IMG/VR virus record: IMGVR_UViG_3300029815_000032
Length of the DNA: 40,426 bases
Strand: one strand, 5' to 3'
From: a virus
Position numbers and translations under genes: made by a program. Under the pieces are notes generated by a model. That model worked only from the letters and a program-made list of their open reading frames with translations, ran no database searches and was not told the DNA's origin. Shown here one piece after another: positions 23,808-35,500 of this stretch; the first letter of the stretch is position 1, and every line of letters begins with the position of its first letter.

Positions 23808-24731
23808 ATGGAAAAATTATTTGATTTACAGTTATTTGCCGAGGGCGGTGGAGCACCGGCAGGAGGCGAAGCAGGTGGAACTGTAACAACGGGAGTAGAA
23901 GGAGGCAGCCCCGAGCCTCAAGGCGAGGATTTATCCAAGGTCATTTATGGGAAATCCATTGAGGATGTAGCCGATCCACAGGGTGATACCACCAAGCCAC
24001 CAGAGGACAAGACCAAGACTTTTGAGAACCTTATCAAAAAGGGCGGCGAGTACGAAAAGGAATTTTCCAAACGTACACAGGACATTATCAACAAGCGTTT
24101 TAAAGAGACAAAGCAGTTGCAGGAGCAGTTGAACAGTCGCACACCAATTATGGAGACGCTTGCACGCAAGTATGGTCTAAAGGCAGATGATGCCGAAGGG
24201 ATCATGAAAGCACTGGATAGTGATACCGCCATGTATGAGAAAGCGGCTTTTGACGAAGGACTGACAGTGGAGCAGTACCGGGAGCGTGAGCAGTTAAGAC
24301 GCGAAAACGCACAGTTGAAAGCGGCAGAAGATGAACTCAAACAGAGGGAACAGTCACAAAGGATCTATGCACAGTGGGAGCAGGAATCCAATGATTTTGC
24401 ACAGAGATACGGAATCAAGGATTTTGATCTTGCCACAGAAGCACAGAACCCGGAGTTTACCAGACTGTTAGCAAACGGCATTAGCATTGAGGCGGCATAT
24501 AAGGCGATCCATTTTGACGACATGATGAATGGAGCAATGGCACAGACAGCCGACAATGTGAGTAAGGCTCTGGCAAGCAGAGTTGCCACAAGAGCCAATA
24601 GGGTCTCTGAAAACGGTGTTGATTCTCAAAACAACAACAGTATCTTCAAGTCAGATGTGAATAAGTTGACAGATGCAGATCTGGCAGAAATTTGTAGGCG
24701 GGTAAAGAATGGAGAGAAAGTCTCTTTCTAG
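23808..24731 (+). CDS. Scaffolding protein with an L27-like N-terminal leader.
   Basis: ATG 23808 (MEKLFDLQLFAEGGG...). Highly charged and helical. Directly precedes the major capsid gene. Confidence 0.75.
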   Translation: MEKLFDLQLFAEGGGAPAGGEAGGTVTTGVEGGSPEPQGEDLSKVIYGKSIEDVADPQGDTTKPPEDKTKTFENLIKKGGEYEKEFSKRTQDIINKRFKETKQLQEQLNSRTPIMETLARKYGLKADDAEGIMKALDSDTAMYEKAAFDEGLTVEQYREREQLRRENAQLKAAEDELKQREQSQRIYAQWEQESNDFAQRYGIKDFDLATEAQNPEFTRLLANGISIEAAYKAIHFDDMMNGAMAQTADNVSKALASRVATRANRVSENGVDSQNNNSIFKSDVNKLTDADLAEICRRVKNGEKVSF

Positions 24732-24754
24732 GTGCCGCCGGAAGGAGTTAGAGA

Positions 24755-25744
24755 ATGAATAAGAACAGAAGACTTATGAATTTGCAGATGTTCGCAAATT
24801 CTAACACAAACGTAACAACAGATTCCGGCATGACTGCCGAGATGAAAACCTTTTACGACAAGAACTTGATCCGTATGGCGAAGGCAAATCTGGTACATGA
24901 CCAGTTTGCCCAGACCAGAGACATCCCTAAGAATGGCGGTAAGACGGTAGAGTTTCGACAGTATGATCCACTGCCAAAGGCAAGCCAGCCATTAACAGAA
25001 GGTGTAACACCGGATGGCAAGAAGTTGTCCGTTAAGACCAAGACCTCTACGGTAAAGCAGTATGGCGATTATGTAGAGTTATCAGACGTCCTGATCATGA
25101 CGGCGATCGACAACAACGTGGTAGAAGCAACAGAGATTTTAGGAGATCAGGCAGGACGTACCTTGGATTCCATCACACGAGATGCGATCAACTCAGGTAC
25201 CAATGTCATCTATGCAGGTGGAAGAACTTCGCGTAAGACCTTGACTGACGAGGACACCTTAAAGCCTATTCTTTTTGAAAAAGCGGCAACCCAGTTAAAG
25301 GCGGCAAACACACCTAAGATCAATGGATCCTATGTAGCGATCATCAATCCGTATGCATCTTATGATCTGCGTACCTCGGATGAATGGATCGAGGTACATA
25401 AGTACGCGGATGCAACACCGATCTTTGAGGGCGAGATTGGAAAACTTGGCAATGTGAGATTTGTAGAATCTACAGAAGCCAAGATCTGGAAAGATGAGTC
25501 ATGCCCGGAAGGAAAGGCAGTATTCAGCACGCTTGTCGTTGGGTTAAATGCCTATGCAACCACTAAGGTAGAAGGTGGCGGCTTACAGACCATCATTAAG
25601 CAGTTGGGATCCGGTGAAGACCCATTGAACCAGAGAGCAACGGTCGGCTGGAAAGCAATCAAGACGGCAAAGATTTTGGTAGAGCCATATATGGTCCGTA
25701 TCGAATCCCTGTCAGCGTATTCAGCAGACGTAGATGCTAACTAG
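24755..25744 (+). CDS. Major capsid protein (HK97-fold type) with an L27-like N-terminal leader.
   Basis: GAAGGAG RBS. MNKNRRLMNLQMFANS... then ...FYDKNLIRMAKANLVHDQFAQ...GGKTVEFRQY, typical of major capsid proteins. 329 aa. Confidence 0.85.
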   Translation: MNKNRRLMNLQMFANSNTNVTTDSGMTAEMKTFYDKNLIRMAKANLVHDQFAQTRDIPKNGGKTVEFRQYDPLPKASQPLTEGVTPDGKKLSVKTKTSTVKQYGDYVELSDVLIMTAIDNNVVEATEILGDQAGRTLDSITRDAINSGTNVIYAGGRTSRKTLTDEDTLKPILFEKAATQLKAANTPKINGSYVAIINPYASYDLRTSDEWIEVHKYADATPIFEGEIGKLGNVRFVESTEAKIWKDESCPEGKAVFSTLVVGLNAYATTKVEGGGLQTIIKQLGSGEDPLNQRATVGWKAIKTAKILVEPYMVRIESLSAYSADVDAN

Positions 25745-25758
25745 AAAGGAGGGTCAAG

Positions 25759-25986
25759 ATGGCAGCAACCACAAAGGAACACAAAAATCAGATCATGTTA
25801 CCGATCTCCGAGGAGGAGCATGATGATGTATGGGTATGCATCAATGGCAAAAGCACATATATCAAGCGCGGGGTAACGGTAGAAGTAAACGACGATGTTT
25901 ATGAAGTATTACAGAACTCTATGCACATGAAGCAGGTGGCTCTGGAAAGATCCATTGCGCTTGCGAAAAAGGGAGAGGGAATGTAA
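25759..25986 (+). CDS. Hypothetical head-associated small protein.
   Basis: AAAGGAGGG RBS. Lies between the capsid gene and a terminator. Confidence 0.55.
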   Translation: MAATTKEHKNQIMLPISEEEHDDVWVCINGKSTYIKRGVTVEVNDDVYEVLQNSMHMKQVALERSIALAKKGEGM

Positions 25987-26001
25987 AAACGTTAAGACGA
26001 G

Positions 26002-26028
26002 GGGATAGCCACGCGCTATCCCTTTTTT
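26002..26028 (+). terminator. Rho-independent terminator after the head genes.
   Basis: Stem gggatagc / gctatccc followed by T6. Confidence 0.75.
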
Positions 26029-26044
26029 AGTAGGAGAAGAAAAA

Positions 26045-26407
26045 ATGACAGTAGGCGAAATTATTGCAGAAGTAGATGATTTAAAACCAAACACATTTGA
26101 CGTAGCCATGAAGATCAAATGGCTTTCACAACTGGACGGAAAGGTATATAACGATGTGATCTGCACACATGAGGATGATGAGGACACGGAATATCATGGC
26201 CATGAGGAAGTAAGCGAAGAACTTCTGGTAAGGGATCCATATACAGATATATATAGATACTACCTGTATGCAATGATGGACTACAGCAACGAGGAGACAG
26301 AGCGGTATCAAAATTCTATGCTGATGTTCAACAATGCATACCAGGCATTTTGCAATTATTACAACAGGACACATAAGCCGAAGGCAAAACCTTTGGTTCT
26401 ATTCTAG
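26045..26407 (+). CDS. Putative head-tail adaptor/connector protein.
   Basis: AGGAGAAG RBS. 120 aa with ...KIKWLSQLDGKVY...YRYYLYAMMDY...ERYQNSM..FNNAYQAF, reminiscent of gp6-like connector proteins. Positional support. Confidence 0.45.
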   Translation: MTVGEIIAEVDDLKPNTFDVAMKIKWLSQLDGKVYNDVICTHEDDEDTEYHGHEEVSEELLVRDPYTDIYRYYLYAMMDYSNEETERYQNSMLMFNNAYQAFCNYYNRTHKPKAKPLVLF

Positions 26408-26417
26408 GAGAAAGACT

Positions 26418-28232
26418 ATGTTACCACAATTAAATGCATCCAAGGATAATACCACAATGATCAATATCTTTCGCGGTCTGAATAAAGGGCTTGTCATTCA
26501 GGAAGGTGAGTTTTCGGACATGAAAAACATGACAAACGATTATTTTCCTGTCATGGCAAATAGGCGAAGCCGCGGCATCATGAAGACACTGACAAAGCCG
26601 CAGGGAGTGCTGGGCGGTCAGTATCTTGCCTATGTAGATGATAGCAAGTTATATTACGACGATAAGTTTATCTGTGATCTGGATCAGAAAGATGTCGAGA
26701 GAAAAATGGTTATTGTAGGTGCCCTGCTGTGTGTGTTCCCGGATGGAATCATCTACAATACCAATACGGCAGAAATATCCAACATATCGAACAAGACGGA
26801 GACAAGCGGCACGGTTACCATGCGTATGTGCAAGTTGGATGGAACAGAGTTTACGGATCAAAACACACACATCGGAGCAGAAGCACCGGGAGACACAGAA
26901 AAATATCCATACTGGCTTGATACGTCAGGAAGTGTCGTGGTCCTTAAAATGTATTCCAGCACTTATAGTATGTGGACTTCGGTTGCGACGACATACGTCA
27001 AGATCAGTGCAGAGGGCATCGGAAAAGGATTTAAGGCATATGATGCAGTCACTTTCCATGGCATCAAGATCAAAGGATACAACGACTATGACTTTAATCA
27101 GTCGTTGATCGTATATGAAGCAGGGGACGATTATCTGATCGTAGCAGGTCTGATCGACCTTTTATATACGCAGGAGAGCGTTGTGACGGTAGAAAGAAAA
27201 CAGCCGGATCTTGATTATGTGTGTGAACTGGATAACCGTGTATGGGGATGCTCGTCACAAAATCATGAGATCTATGCTTGTAAATTGGGAGATCCAACGA
27301 ACTGGGAATGTTATGCAGGACTTGATTCAGATTCCTATGCGGCAACCGTGGGATCACAGGATGACTTTACCGGATGTTGTGCATATGGTGGATATGTCTA
27401 TTTCTTTAAGGAGAATGGATTTCATAAATTGTATGGAAATAAGCCATCCAACTATGAAATGACATGGAAAGCATGCAGGGGCATACAGAAAGGATGTGCT
27501 AAGTCTATAGCCATTGTAGATGAAGTCCTGTTTTTCAAGGCAAGGGATGCGATCATAACATATGACGGATCCGAAACTACGGTATCGGATGCGCTTGGAA
27601 AAGAGCCATATAAAGAGGCGGTAGCGATCGGGTATAGGGATAAATATTATATATCCATGAAAGACAACGATGATCGGTCGCATGTGTTGGTATATGATCT
27701 GCGCAAGGGTCTATGGTGCCGAGAAGATGACAAGACCTTTGTGTATGCCACCTTTGCGAATAATACAGCACACTTTATTGATACGACCAATACACTGTAT
27801 GCGATCAATGAAGAATCGATTACAGCAAAGTGGTATCCGAATGATAACAGAAAAGGAGATCTTTTCCTGTATCCGAACAGTCAACTATTTCCGGGGAATT
27901 ACATTGCCGGAACGTTAGAAGATATCTTTGAATGGAGCATTACGACCGGAGAGATCGGTCTTGACAATCCGTATCATACCTACCTTAAACGTCTGAATGT
28001 TAGGATGCAACTGGAAGCAAAGTCGAAAGTGACCTTTGAGATAGAATATGACTCTTCTGGAACGTGGGAGCATATCGCCGATTATTATGCTACCAGGATG
28101 CGCAGTTATGAGATACCGATCCGGGTTGCCAGAGCGGATCATCTGAAACTTAGGATATCCGGCAGAGGTTATTTTAGACTGTATTCCATCGCAAAAACAT
28201 TAGAAGTAGGAAGTGGAGGGGATGAATCATGA
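26418..28232 (+). CDS. Putative tail structural protein with beta-propeller-like repeats.
   Basis: TAGGAGAAAG RBS before ATG 26418. Recurrent strands (YVYFFKENGFHKLYG, VLFFKARDAIITYDG, KYYISMKDN..VLVYDLRKGLW, TAHFIDTTNTLYAIN). Confidence 0.45.
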   Translation: MLPQLNASKDNTTMINIFRGLNKGLVIQEGEFSDMKNMTNDYFPVMANRRSRGIMKTLTKPQGVLGGQYLAYVDDSKLYYDDKFICDLDQKDVERKMVIVGALLCVFPDGIIYNTNTAEISNISNKTETSGTVTMRMCKLDGTEFTDQNTHIGAEAPGDTEKYPYWLDTSGSVVVLKMYSSTYSMWTSVATTYVKISAEGIGKGFKAYDAVTFHGIKIKGYNDYDFNQSLIVYEAGDDYLIVAGLIDLLYTQESVVTVERKQPDLDYVCELDNRVWGCSSQNHEIYACKLGDPTNWECYAGLDSDSYAATVGSQDDFTGCCAYGGYVYFFKENGFHKLYGNKPSNYEMTWKACRGIQKGCAKSIAIVDEVLFFKARDAIITYDGSETTVSDALGKEPYKEAVAIGYRDKYYISMKDNDDRSHVLVYDLRKGLWCREDDKTFVYATFANNTAHFIDTTNTLYAINEESITAKWYPNDNRKGDLFLYPNSQLFPGNYIAGTLEDIFEWSITTGEIGLDNPYHTYLKRLNVRMQLEAKSKVTFEIEYDSSGTWEHIADYYATRMRSYEIPIRVARADHLKLRISGRGYFRLYSIAKTLEVGSGGDES

Positions 28233-28411
28233 CAATAGATACACCGGGAGTAAATACAGAAAAGTATTCAAACGAGCAGAACATCCAGATATTAAAGGGT
28301 TATCTGTCTGAAATGGCAGATATCGTCAACATCTATCTGGCAAAGATCGAAGAGATCTCGGCGAAGGTGGATAGCATCGAAACAAAATTACAAGAAAGCG
28401 AGGGCAATTAG
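28229..28411 (+). CDS. Hypothetical small coiled-coil structural protein.
   Basis: ATGA overlap with the upstream gene; GGAGGGG RBS. Confidence 0.5.
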   Translation: MTIDTPGVNTEKYSNEQNIQILKGYLSEMADIVNIYLAKIEEISAKVDSIETKLQESEGN

Positions 28412-28412
28412 A

Positions 28413-29525
28413 ATGGCGACAACGAAAGAATTACAGGATATCCTGAATAATATCAATGCAAACAGACCGGCTGATTATACAGGCAACGTCACGTCGGATG
28501 CCACTAAACAGTATCAGCAGAAATTGAATACACTGGAAGGAAATGCGCCGGCTGATTATCAGTCCAAGTACCAGGACAAGATCAGTGAGGTCATGGATAA
28601 GATCAATAATCGGAAAGATTTTAATTACGACTTTAACGCGGATCCACTCTATCAGAACTATAAGGACCAGTACACAAAATTAGGAAATGAGGCGGCACAG
28701 AATGCAGCAGCAAGTGTATCTGCCTTGACAGGGGGCTATGGTAATTCCTATGCGGCCACGGCGGCATCACAGGCAAATCAGCAGTATCTGACACAGTTAA
28801 ACAATGTGATTCCGGAATTGTATAATGCGGCACTGAACCGATACAAGATGGAATCAGATGATCTGTATAATCAGTTCTCTATGCTGGGGACGCAGGAAGA
28901 CAGAGAGTATGGAAAGTATAGAGACAGTGTCAGTGACTATCAGGCGGACAGAAGTTATTATGCAAACCAACTGGCAAACTCCCAGAACAACGATCAGTGG
29001 AACAATACCTTTAATTATAACAGGTATAGAGACACCGTCAGTGATTGGGAGAACAACCGCAATTACTATACAGACCTGTATAACAATTCTGTATCAAACG
29101 ATCAGTGGCAGGCGGAGTTTGATTACCAGAAGCAGAGAGATGCAGTGTCCGATCAGCAGTGGGCGGCAGAATATGCATTGTCACAGGCGGCACAACAGGC
29201 AAGTGCAAGAAGTTCGGGATCCGGACGGAGTTCAGGATCATCGGGAAGTAGCAGCGTAAAGACTAATTATGTCAATGGTGGAAAAGCATTATCCACAGAC
29301 CAGTTGAACTTCCTGACCCAGGCGGCATATAACAATGCTACCGCAGAAGGAAGCGACAGTGTAGATGCCGTCAGGGCACAGGCAGGCAAAGCATATAACG
29401 AAGGCAAACTGAATGCAAGCCAGTTAAACGCACTTCTGGATAATATCGATTATTACATGTGGATCAAGGCGCAGCAAGATACACAAAAGACACAGGCAGG
29501 ACGAGCACGCAGAAGCGGTAAATAA
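28413..29525 (+). CDS. Hypothetical structural protein with three Y-[KR]-x-RD-x-VSD...NDQW repeats and a Ser/Gly linker.
   Basis: Repeats YGKYRDSVSDYQADRSYY..NDQW, YNRYRDTVSDWENNRNYY..NDQW and YQKQRDAVSDQQW, followed by SSGSGRSSGSSGSSS. Confidence 0.55.
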   Translation: MATTKELQDILNNINANRPADYTGNVTSDATKQYQQKLNTLEGNAPADYQSKYQDKISEVMDKINNRKDFNYDFNADPLYQNYKDQYTKLGNEAAQNAAASVSALTGGYGNSYAATAASQANQQYLTQLNNVIPELYNAALNRYKMESDDLYNQFSMLGTQEDREYGKYRDSVSDYQADRSYYANQLANSQNNDQWNNTFNYNRYRDTVSDWENNRNYYTDLYNNSVSNDQWQAEFDYQKQRDAVSDQQWAAEYALSQAAQQASARSSGSGRSSGSSGSSSVKTNYVNGGKALSTDQLNFLTQAAYNNATAEGSDSVDAVRAQAGKAYNEGKLNASQLNALLDNIDYYMWIKAQQDTQKTQAGRARRSGK

Positions 29526-29536
29526 GGGAGAAGAAC

Positions 29537-32500
29537 ATGGCAAAAAGAAAAACGTTTGACGAAATCTTACAGGAGCGCTACGGATCAAGTGAGGATGAAA
29601 GCACCGGAGTAAATGATAGATCCTATGATGATATCATGCTCGAGCGCAGATTGAGTGGAAAGGAATCTGATAAATGGACTTCGGATATGACGAAAGCCTT
29701 TAATCAGGGCAACAGATACTCCAAGCAGGCATATGAAGGGGCAGTGGAGATTGCTAAGAACAGCAGAAGAGTAAAAACCGGCGCAGAGCGTTATGGCTTG
29801 TTCTCCGGTGGAAATGAGGAAATGAATAAGGGGATCCTGCATAAGGCATCCAATTATATCAAGTCTAAAATCGATGACGGAAAAAGTGAGATCACAGAGG
29901 AAGAAAGTCTGAAACATGCAAGTAATGTGCTTGCCGGAGTATCAGAGGACAACCAGGCACTTTTGAAAAAGTATGTGGACGCACAGGATTCCAGTAAGAG
30001 CACTCCGTTTATGTATCTGATGAATACGGATTCGCCGGTCATGCAGAAACAGCAGATGAAGGACAGTGAGACCATGGACGCGGTAAAGAAGCAGTTCATG
30101 GAAAATACCGGTGTTGATGAAAAGACCTTTAATAAGATGGTCGCCAATTATGGATATACATACCATGCCGACGAGAACGAAAAACAGAAAAAAAAGTTGC
30201 AGCAGTCATCAGGAGCAACAAAAGCACTTGCCAGTGCCGTAGATGTCTTAGCGTCTCCGGTAACTGGTTTTGTAGCATTGGCGGGTACCGGAAAGAACCA
30301 GGTAGACCCGGAACTGGGAAGGGATAAACACACAGTCTATTCTTCACTGAAAGATTTTTCAGAGAACACGGAAGAGGCTGTGTTAAACGATGCAGAAAAG
30401 ATCGATAATAAGGCACTGCGTACCGCGGCAAAGGGGGCATACGAAATCGGCATGGCGACCGGAAAGAGTGCAATGAGCATGATGACCGGTAGTGAGGCGG
30501 CAAGTGCGCTGGGGCTGACCGGAAAGAGTGCAAGAGCCGTGGCAAATCTGGTATCACTGCCGCAGTTTGGCGCGTCATCTTATGTATCTACACTGGAAGA
30601 GGCACAGGAAAGAGGACTTGATACAAAGGACGCTTACCGGACTGCACTTGTCGCAGGTGGAGCAGAGATGGCGACCGAGGTTATCTCACTGGAAGGCATC
30701 TGGGATATTTTAGAGAGCAAAGGAAAAGTTGCTGCAAAGACTGCGATCGGAAATGTATTGAAGCAGAGTTTCTTTGAGGGATCCGAGGAAGTGGCAAATG
30801 ATCTTATCAATGAGATTGCGGATGGATTGATCAATGGGGACAAGAGTAAGTACGTCCAATCCGTCCGGTATTATATGTCAGATCAGTATGCAAAGGAAAA
30901 TGGACTGGATGCACCACTTTCAGAGGATGAGGCTAAGAAAAAAGCCAATATTGACTTTGCAAAGAGTACAGCGATAGATGGTTTCCTTGGTGCGGCCAGT
31001 GGTGGACTGATGGGTGGTGCGGCAACGGCGATCAATGCCTATGCCAATACAAAAGGCGGTCAGTATTTGAGTGGCAACGAGCAGATCCGGGATGATATTG
31101 TACTGAACAAGGATTCAGAAAATTATATCTCTGATGACAGAGCAGATTATGACAGCGAGGAAGACTACCAGAAAGCCCAGGCTGCCATTGAGCAGTTGAT
31201 TGATGACTCAGGCGAGAAGATTTCCGGTAAAGAGGCTAGAAGTCTGTATCAGAATGTGGCAGAGGCTATCGGAAGTCAGAACTCAAACCGGGCAGAGGCA
31301 AGAGTGCAGCGTGAGGTAGAGACAATCGAGAGCGCACAGACCCCGGATGAACTCGTGAGAGCCACAGAGAGCGTGAAGAATGATGTTCCAGAAGTGCAGC
31401 AGGCTATCGACAATACAAAGGCTAGAATGGTCGCACAGGGAGCGACACAGGCAGACTTTGACAATGTAGTTACACCTACCAGAGCATACGAGATGGCAAA
31501 AAGAGGACAGGTTTCTGAAAGTGATCTTGCATCCATGTCTACCGATGCAAGACGTGCGGCAGAAGCAGGAATTTCAGAGAGTGTAAGTGCGGATATTAAG
31601 AACGTGACGAAGTTCGATGCATCTACAGTCCTTGTAAAGGAAAATGGCAAGGCAAAGCAGACCAACATCACAGGAGAAGTCACCAAGAGCGGAGATCAGT
31701 ATTATCTGACGACCAAGAAGGGAGCAAAGGTCGAACTGTCAGAGGATATTTTAAGTGGAACGACCAAAGCAAACGGAGATAATACAAAGGGAAAACTTCT
31801 CATGTATGGTAATAGCCATGCAGCAGGCATTATTTCATTGGAAGACCCGGAACTCATGACGATTGCCTTGCAGACCAAGATCAATCAGCCAAGCGTACCG
31901 TCCACAAGTATTGTAAAGGCTGTGAAAACCTTTAATACATTAGGGCGTAGTGGGGTGTCCTTTGAATCTATTGTAAACGATAAAAAGCAGAAGTTTATGG
32001 TTGATGCGATCGGGGAAAAGGTACTGCGACAGGCATATGATCTGGGAGCAAAAGAAGGTGCGCTGGATGAAGAGAAGATGGCAAACCCTACCACGAAAAA
32101 AGGAAATGGTAAGGTTTCTTTTGCGAGCCGGGAAGCAGAGGGCGCATATGAAAAACTGGATCATGCAAATAAGACTTTTTTGGATAAGTTTGCTGAAAAG
32201 ACAGGAGTAGATTTTGAAATCTTTACCGATGATGCGGATGCAGAGGGAACGGTCAGAGGACAGTATGTGCCGGAAGAAGGAAAGATCCGTCTGAATGTGG
32301 CAGAAGATACAGATATCTTAGAAGTTGCCATGCATGAAGGTATAGGCGAGTTCTTAAAGGCACATAATGCCAAAGGCTATGCAGAGATCACAGAGACGAT
32401 TTTAGATTACTATGCAGAGAATAATGCGGATGCATTGGCAAAGCGTATTGAGGACTACAAGAGAGCCTACAGCGATGAGGAAGGAAAGTCTACCAGAGGA

Positions 32501-35500
32501 AGTGCAGATGAACTTGTAAACGATGTGCTGGCAGAAATCTTTTCGGATGATGCCGGTATTGAGAAACTGGGAACATGGCTTTTTGATAATGGTAAGGAAA
32601 AAGAAGCAAAGACGATCAAGGACGTGCTGATTGATTTTATCAACCAGATGAAGTCATGGATTGCAGACATCAAGGCGCAGGGTGGACTTTCTGCTGCGGA
32701 GCGCAGCAAACTTTCCATGACCGAAAAGGATATGGATGCATTGCAGAATAGGATCCTAAAGGCAATGGATGAGGCTATTGCGAACAGGGATAGCAGAGCC
32801 GAGGGCGAGACTGCGGAGCAGAGCATTAGAAATTCTGTGAAGGTTGATGCCAATGGAAAGCAGTATGTCGAGATCGACGAGGATATTATCAAGGGTATTA
32901 CTGGAAGTAAAAATATCAAGTCTGCTGTGCGTGCCTATATAAAAGAAAATTATCCTTCGATTGATATGATGGGATTTAAGTTAGGAATAAATGCACAATC
33001 GAGAAATGAATTTGTAAACTCCAAGACATCGCAGTATATGCAAAACAAATTAAAGAGATTTTTTATAGACAAAATGCGTATGGCAGGAAATCTGGAGGAA
33101 ATTGTAAATGTAGGAGACGGATATACATGGGAAGATATCAAGCACTCCAGGAAAGACAGACTAATTGGATTTGTCAGAGGAAATGTGCAAATTAGAGTAG
33201 GAAGCAATGATTATATTGCAGATATTGTATTGGCTGATGATAAGACCAAAGGATTGATATTCTACGATATTGTAAACATGAAGTCTACAGCAATAAAAGA
33301 AGCACCTACAGAGCGTACACATGAAAATCATGCGGCTCAGGTCGCAGGTGCTTCTACAGATAGTATATCCCAAAATAAAAAAAATGCAACCGAAATCGCT
33401 GAAAAAGGTAGAAATTCTGTAAAAGTTGAAGCAGAAACTCATGCCAGGGACGCAGAAAGGTTCTTTGGGACTACAAGGAACTGGTCTTATGCAGGTTATC
33501 TTGATATCAATGGAAAACTCTTAGATTTTTCTGATGGACAAAGATACCGAGTGCAGGATCATAGAGAAATAAGTGAGATTTTAGATTTACCAGAAGATGC
33601 AGGATATTCAGACGGCCTTATTCAGTTTATGGCAGAAGGTAATATCAGAATGCAGAAATATGGCATTGATATATCTGTCACACCTAATGAAGCACAGAAA
33701 GGTCGCCTGAGAGACTTCTTTAATCATCTTGAAGGAGAGGTTACTGTAGACTTTAGTGCTCTTAATGGGGATTCTGTGGGAAGTGCAGATTATACAGAGG
33801 GCACATCTGCAACGAGAATTCTAAATGATATTGATACATTCTTTGTGACTGGGGAAGTACCAGAAGGAACGTATAATGGAATCAATGAGTTTAGATATTC
33901 AAAGAAGGTAGACTCAGAAGGCAGAAAATTAACCGAAGCACAGCAGGAATACTTCAAGAACTCAAAGGCTGTAGATGAAGATGGAAATCTTATGACAGTG
34001 TACCATGGAACAGTCAGAGAGTTTTATGAGTTTGACCGGGAGCAAGGAAATCCAGAGGGAAACTTTGGTACAGGAATCTATTTTACTAACAATGAGGCTG
34101 ATGTTGACGAAAATTATGCGAACGAAAAGGGATCAGATCTGACAAATAAAATAGAACTTGAAGCAGACATGCTGGAGGGTACTGATGAATATGAGGATAT
34201 GGATCATGACGAGATTGTAGAAGCATTGAGAAAGAAATATATCACATCAGATGAGCCTATAACCATGGAGTGCTACTTAAACATAGAAAATCCGTGTTAT
34301 GTAGATTCTACTATGCTTTTAGACAATGTCGAAGACTATATGGGAGAAACCATTGAAGACTTTGCAGACGAAGATGAATATTATGAAGCACTGGATGAAA
34401 AAGCGGCAGAGATTGTAGATGATATTGTCGGAGAGATTAGTAGTAACATTGAATTATATAGCGGTACAGATGAAGTAGCAGCAATACTGGGAGAGGCACT
34501 GATGGATGGTGGTATTGCCGTTGAGGATCTGCGCGCGAGATTAGATGAATTATACCTAGAGGATGAAGAAGGGAGAATTGTATCAAGTGAGGTTTTGCGT
34601 CAGATTATAGAATCACTAGGATATGATGGAATTATTGATAGCACAGTGTCTGATAAATTTAAAAATATGAACTTATCAGAAGACATAACGCATTACATTG
34701 TATTCAATTCTAATCAGGCAAAATTTGTGTCGAATGAAAATCCGACAACCAGTGGGGATGTACGTTATTCCAGAAAAGTAAAAGATGCGCGTAAGTCCAT
34801 CAAAGAATACGGCATCGTAAGCCCATATCATGACACACTGAATGAGGCAAACGTAGTATCTGCCATTATGGGAAAAATGAATGAAGCCTTGGATGGAGTG
34901 AGTGTTGATCTTAATGGTGTTATGGATGTGACTAAGAGTATCATAAAGAAATATGATGCTGACATCAGCACAAATGATCTGGCAGGAGCAATCTGGCAAA
35001 CGTTCAGTTACATGAACAATAACCAGATGGAGACAGATTACCAGGGAATGATGGACTACCTGTTGAATATCGGTGACGAGGTCATTGCGACGTCGCAATT
35101 AAAAAATGCGGATCAGCAGGCAGTGTATGATGAGGTCAGAAAGCAACTGCGTACACATGCTATCCATTTAACCAAAGCCGACCGTGCGGAACTCGTTCAT
35201 AGATACGGATCATGGAATGAGGCTTTTGGGGCAATCCAGCAAGCCGGGATAAAGTTAGATAATAACGGCATCAGGATAGATTCTGCATATGGAGATATCC
35301 GAAATGAGATCATGAAATTATCCGGTGTGCAGATGTCGGAAGAGACAACGGCGGCAGATCAGATTGTAAATATCATTGATACGGTATCATCACTTGAACC
35401 GGAGGTAAGCACCTTTGAGGGCGCAAATGACCTGGATAAAAGTCTGATGGTTGCGTCTGACATCATCGATGAATACTATACGCGTGCAGTAAAGGAAATG

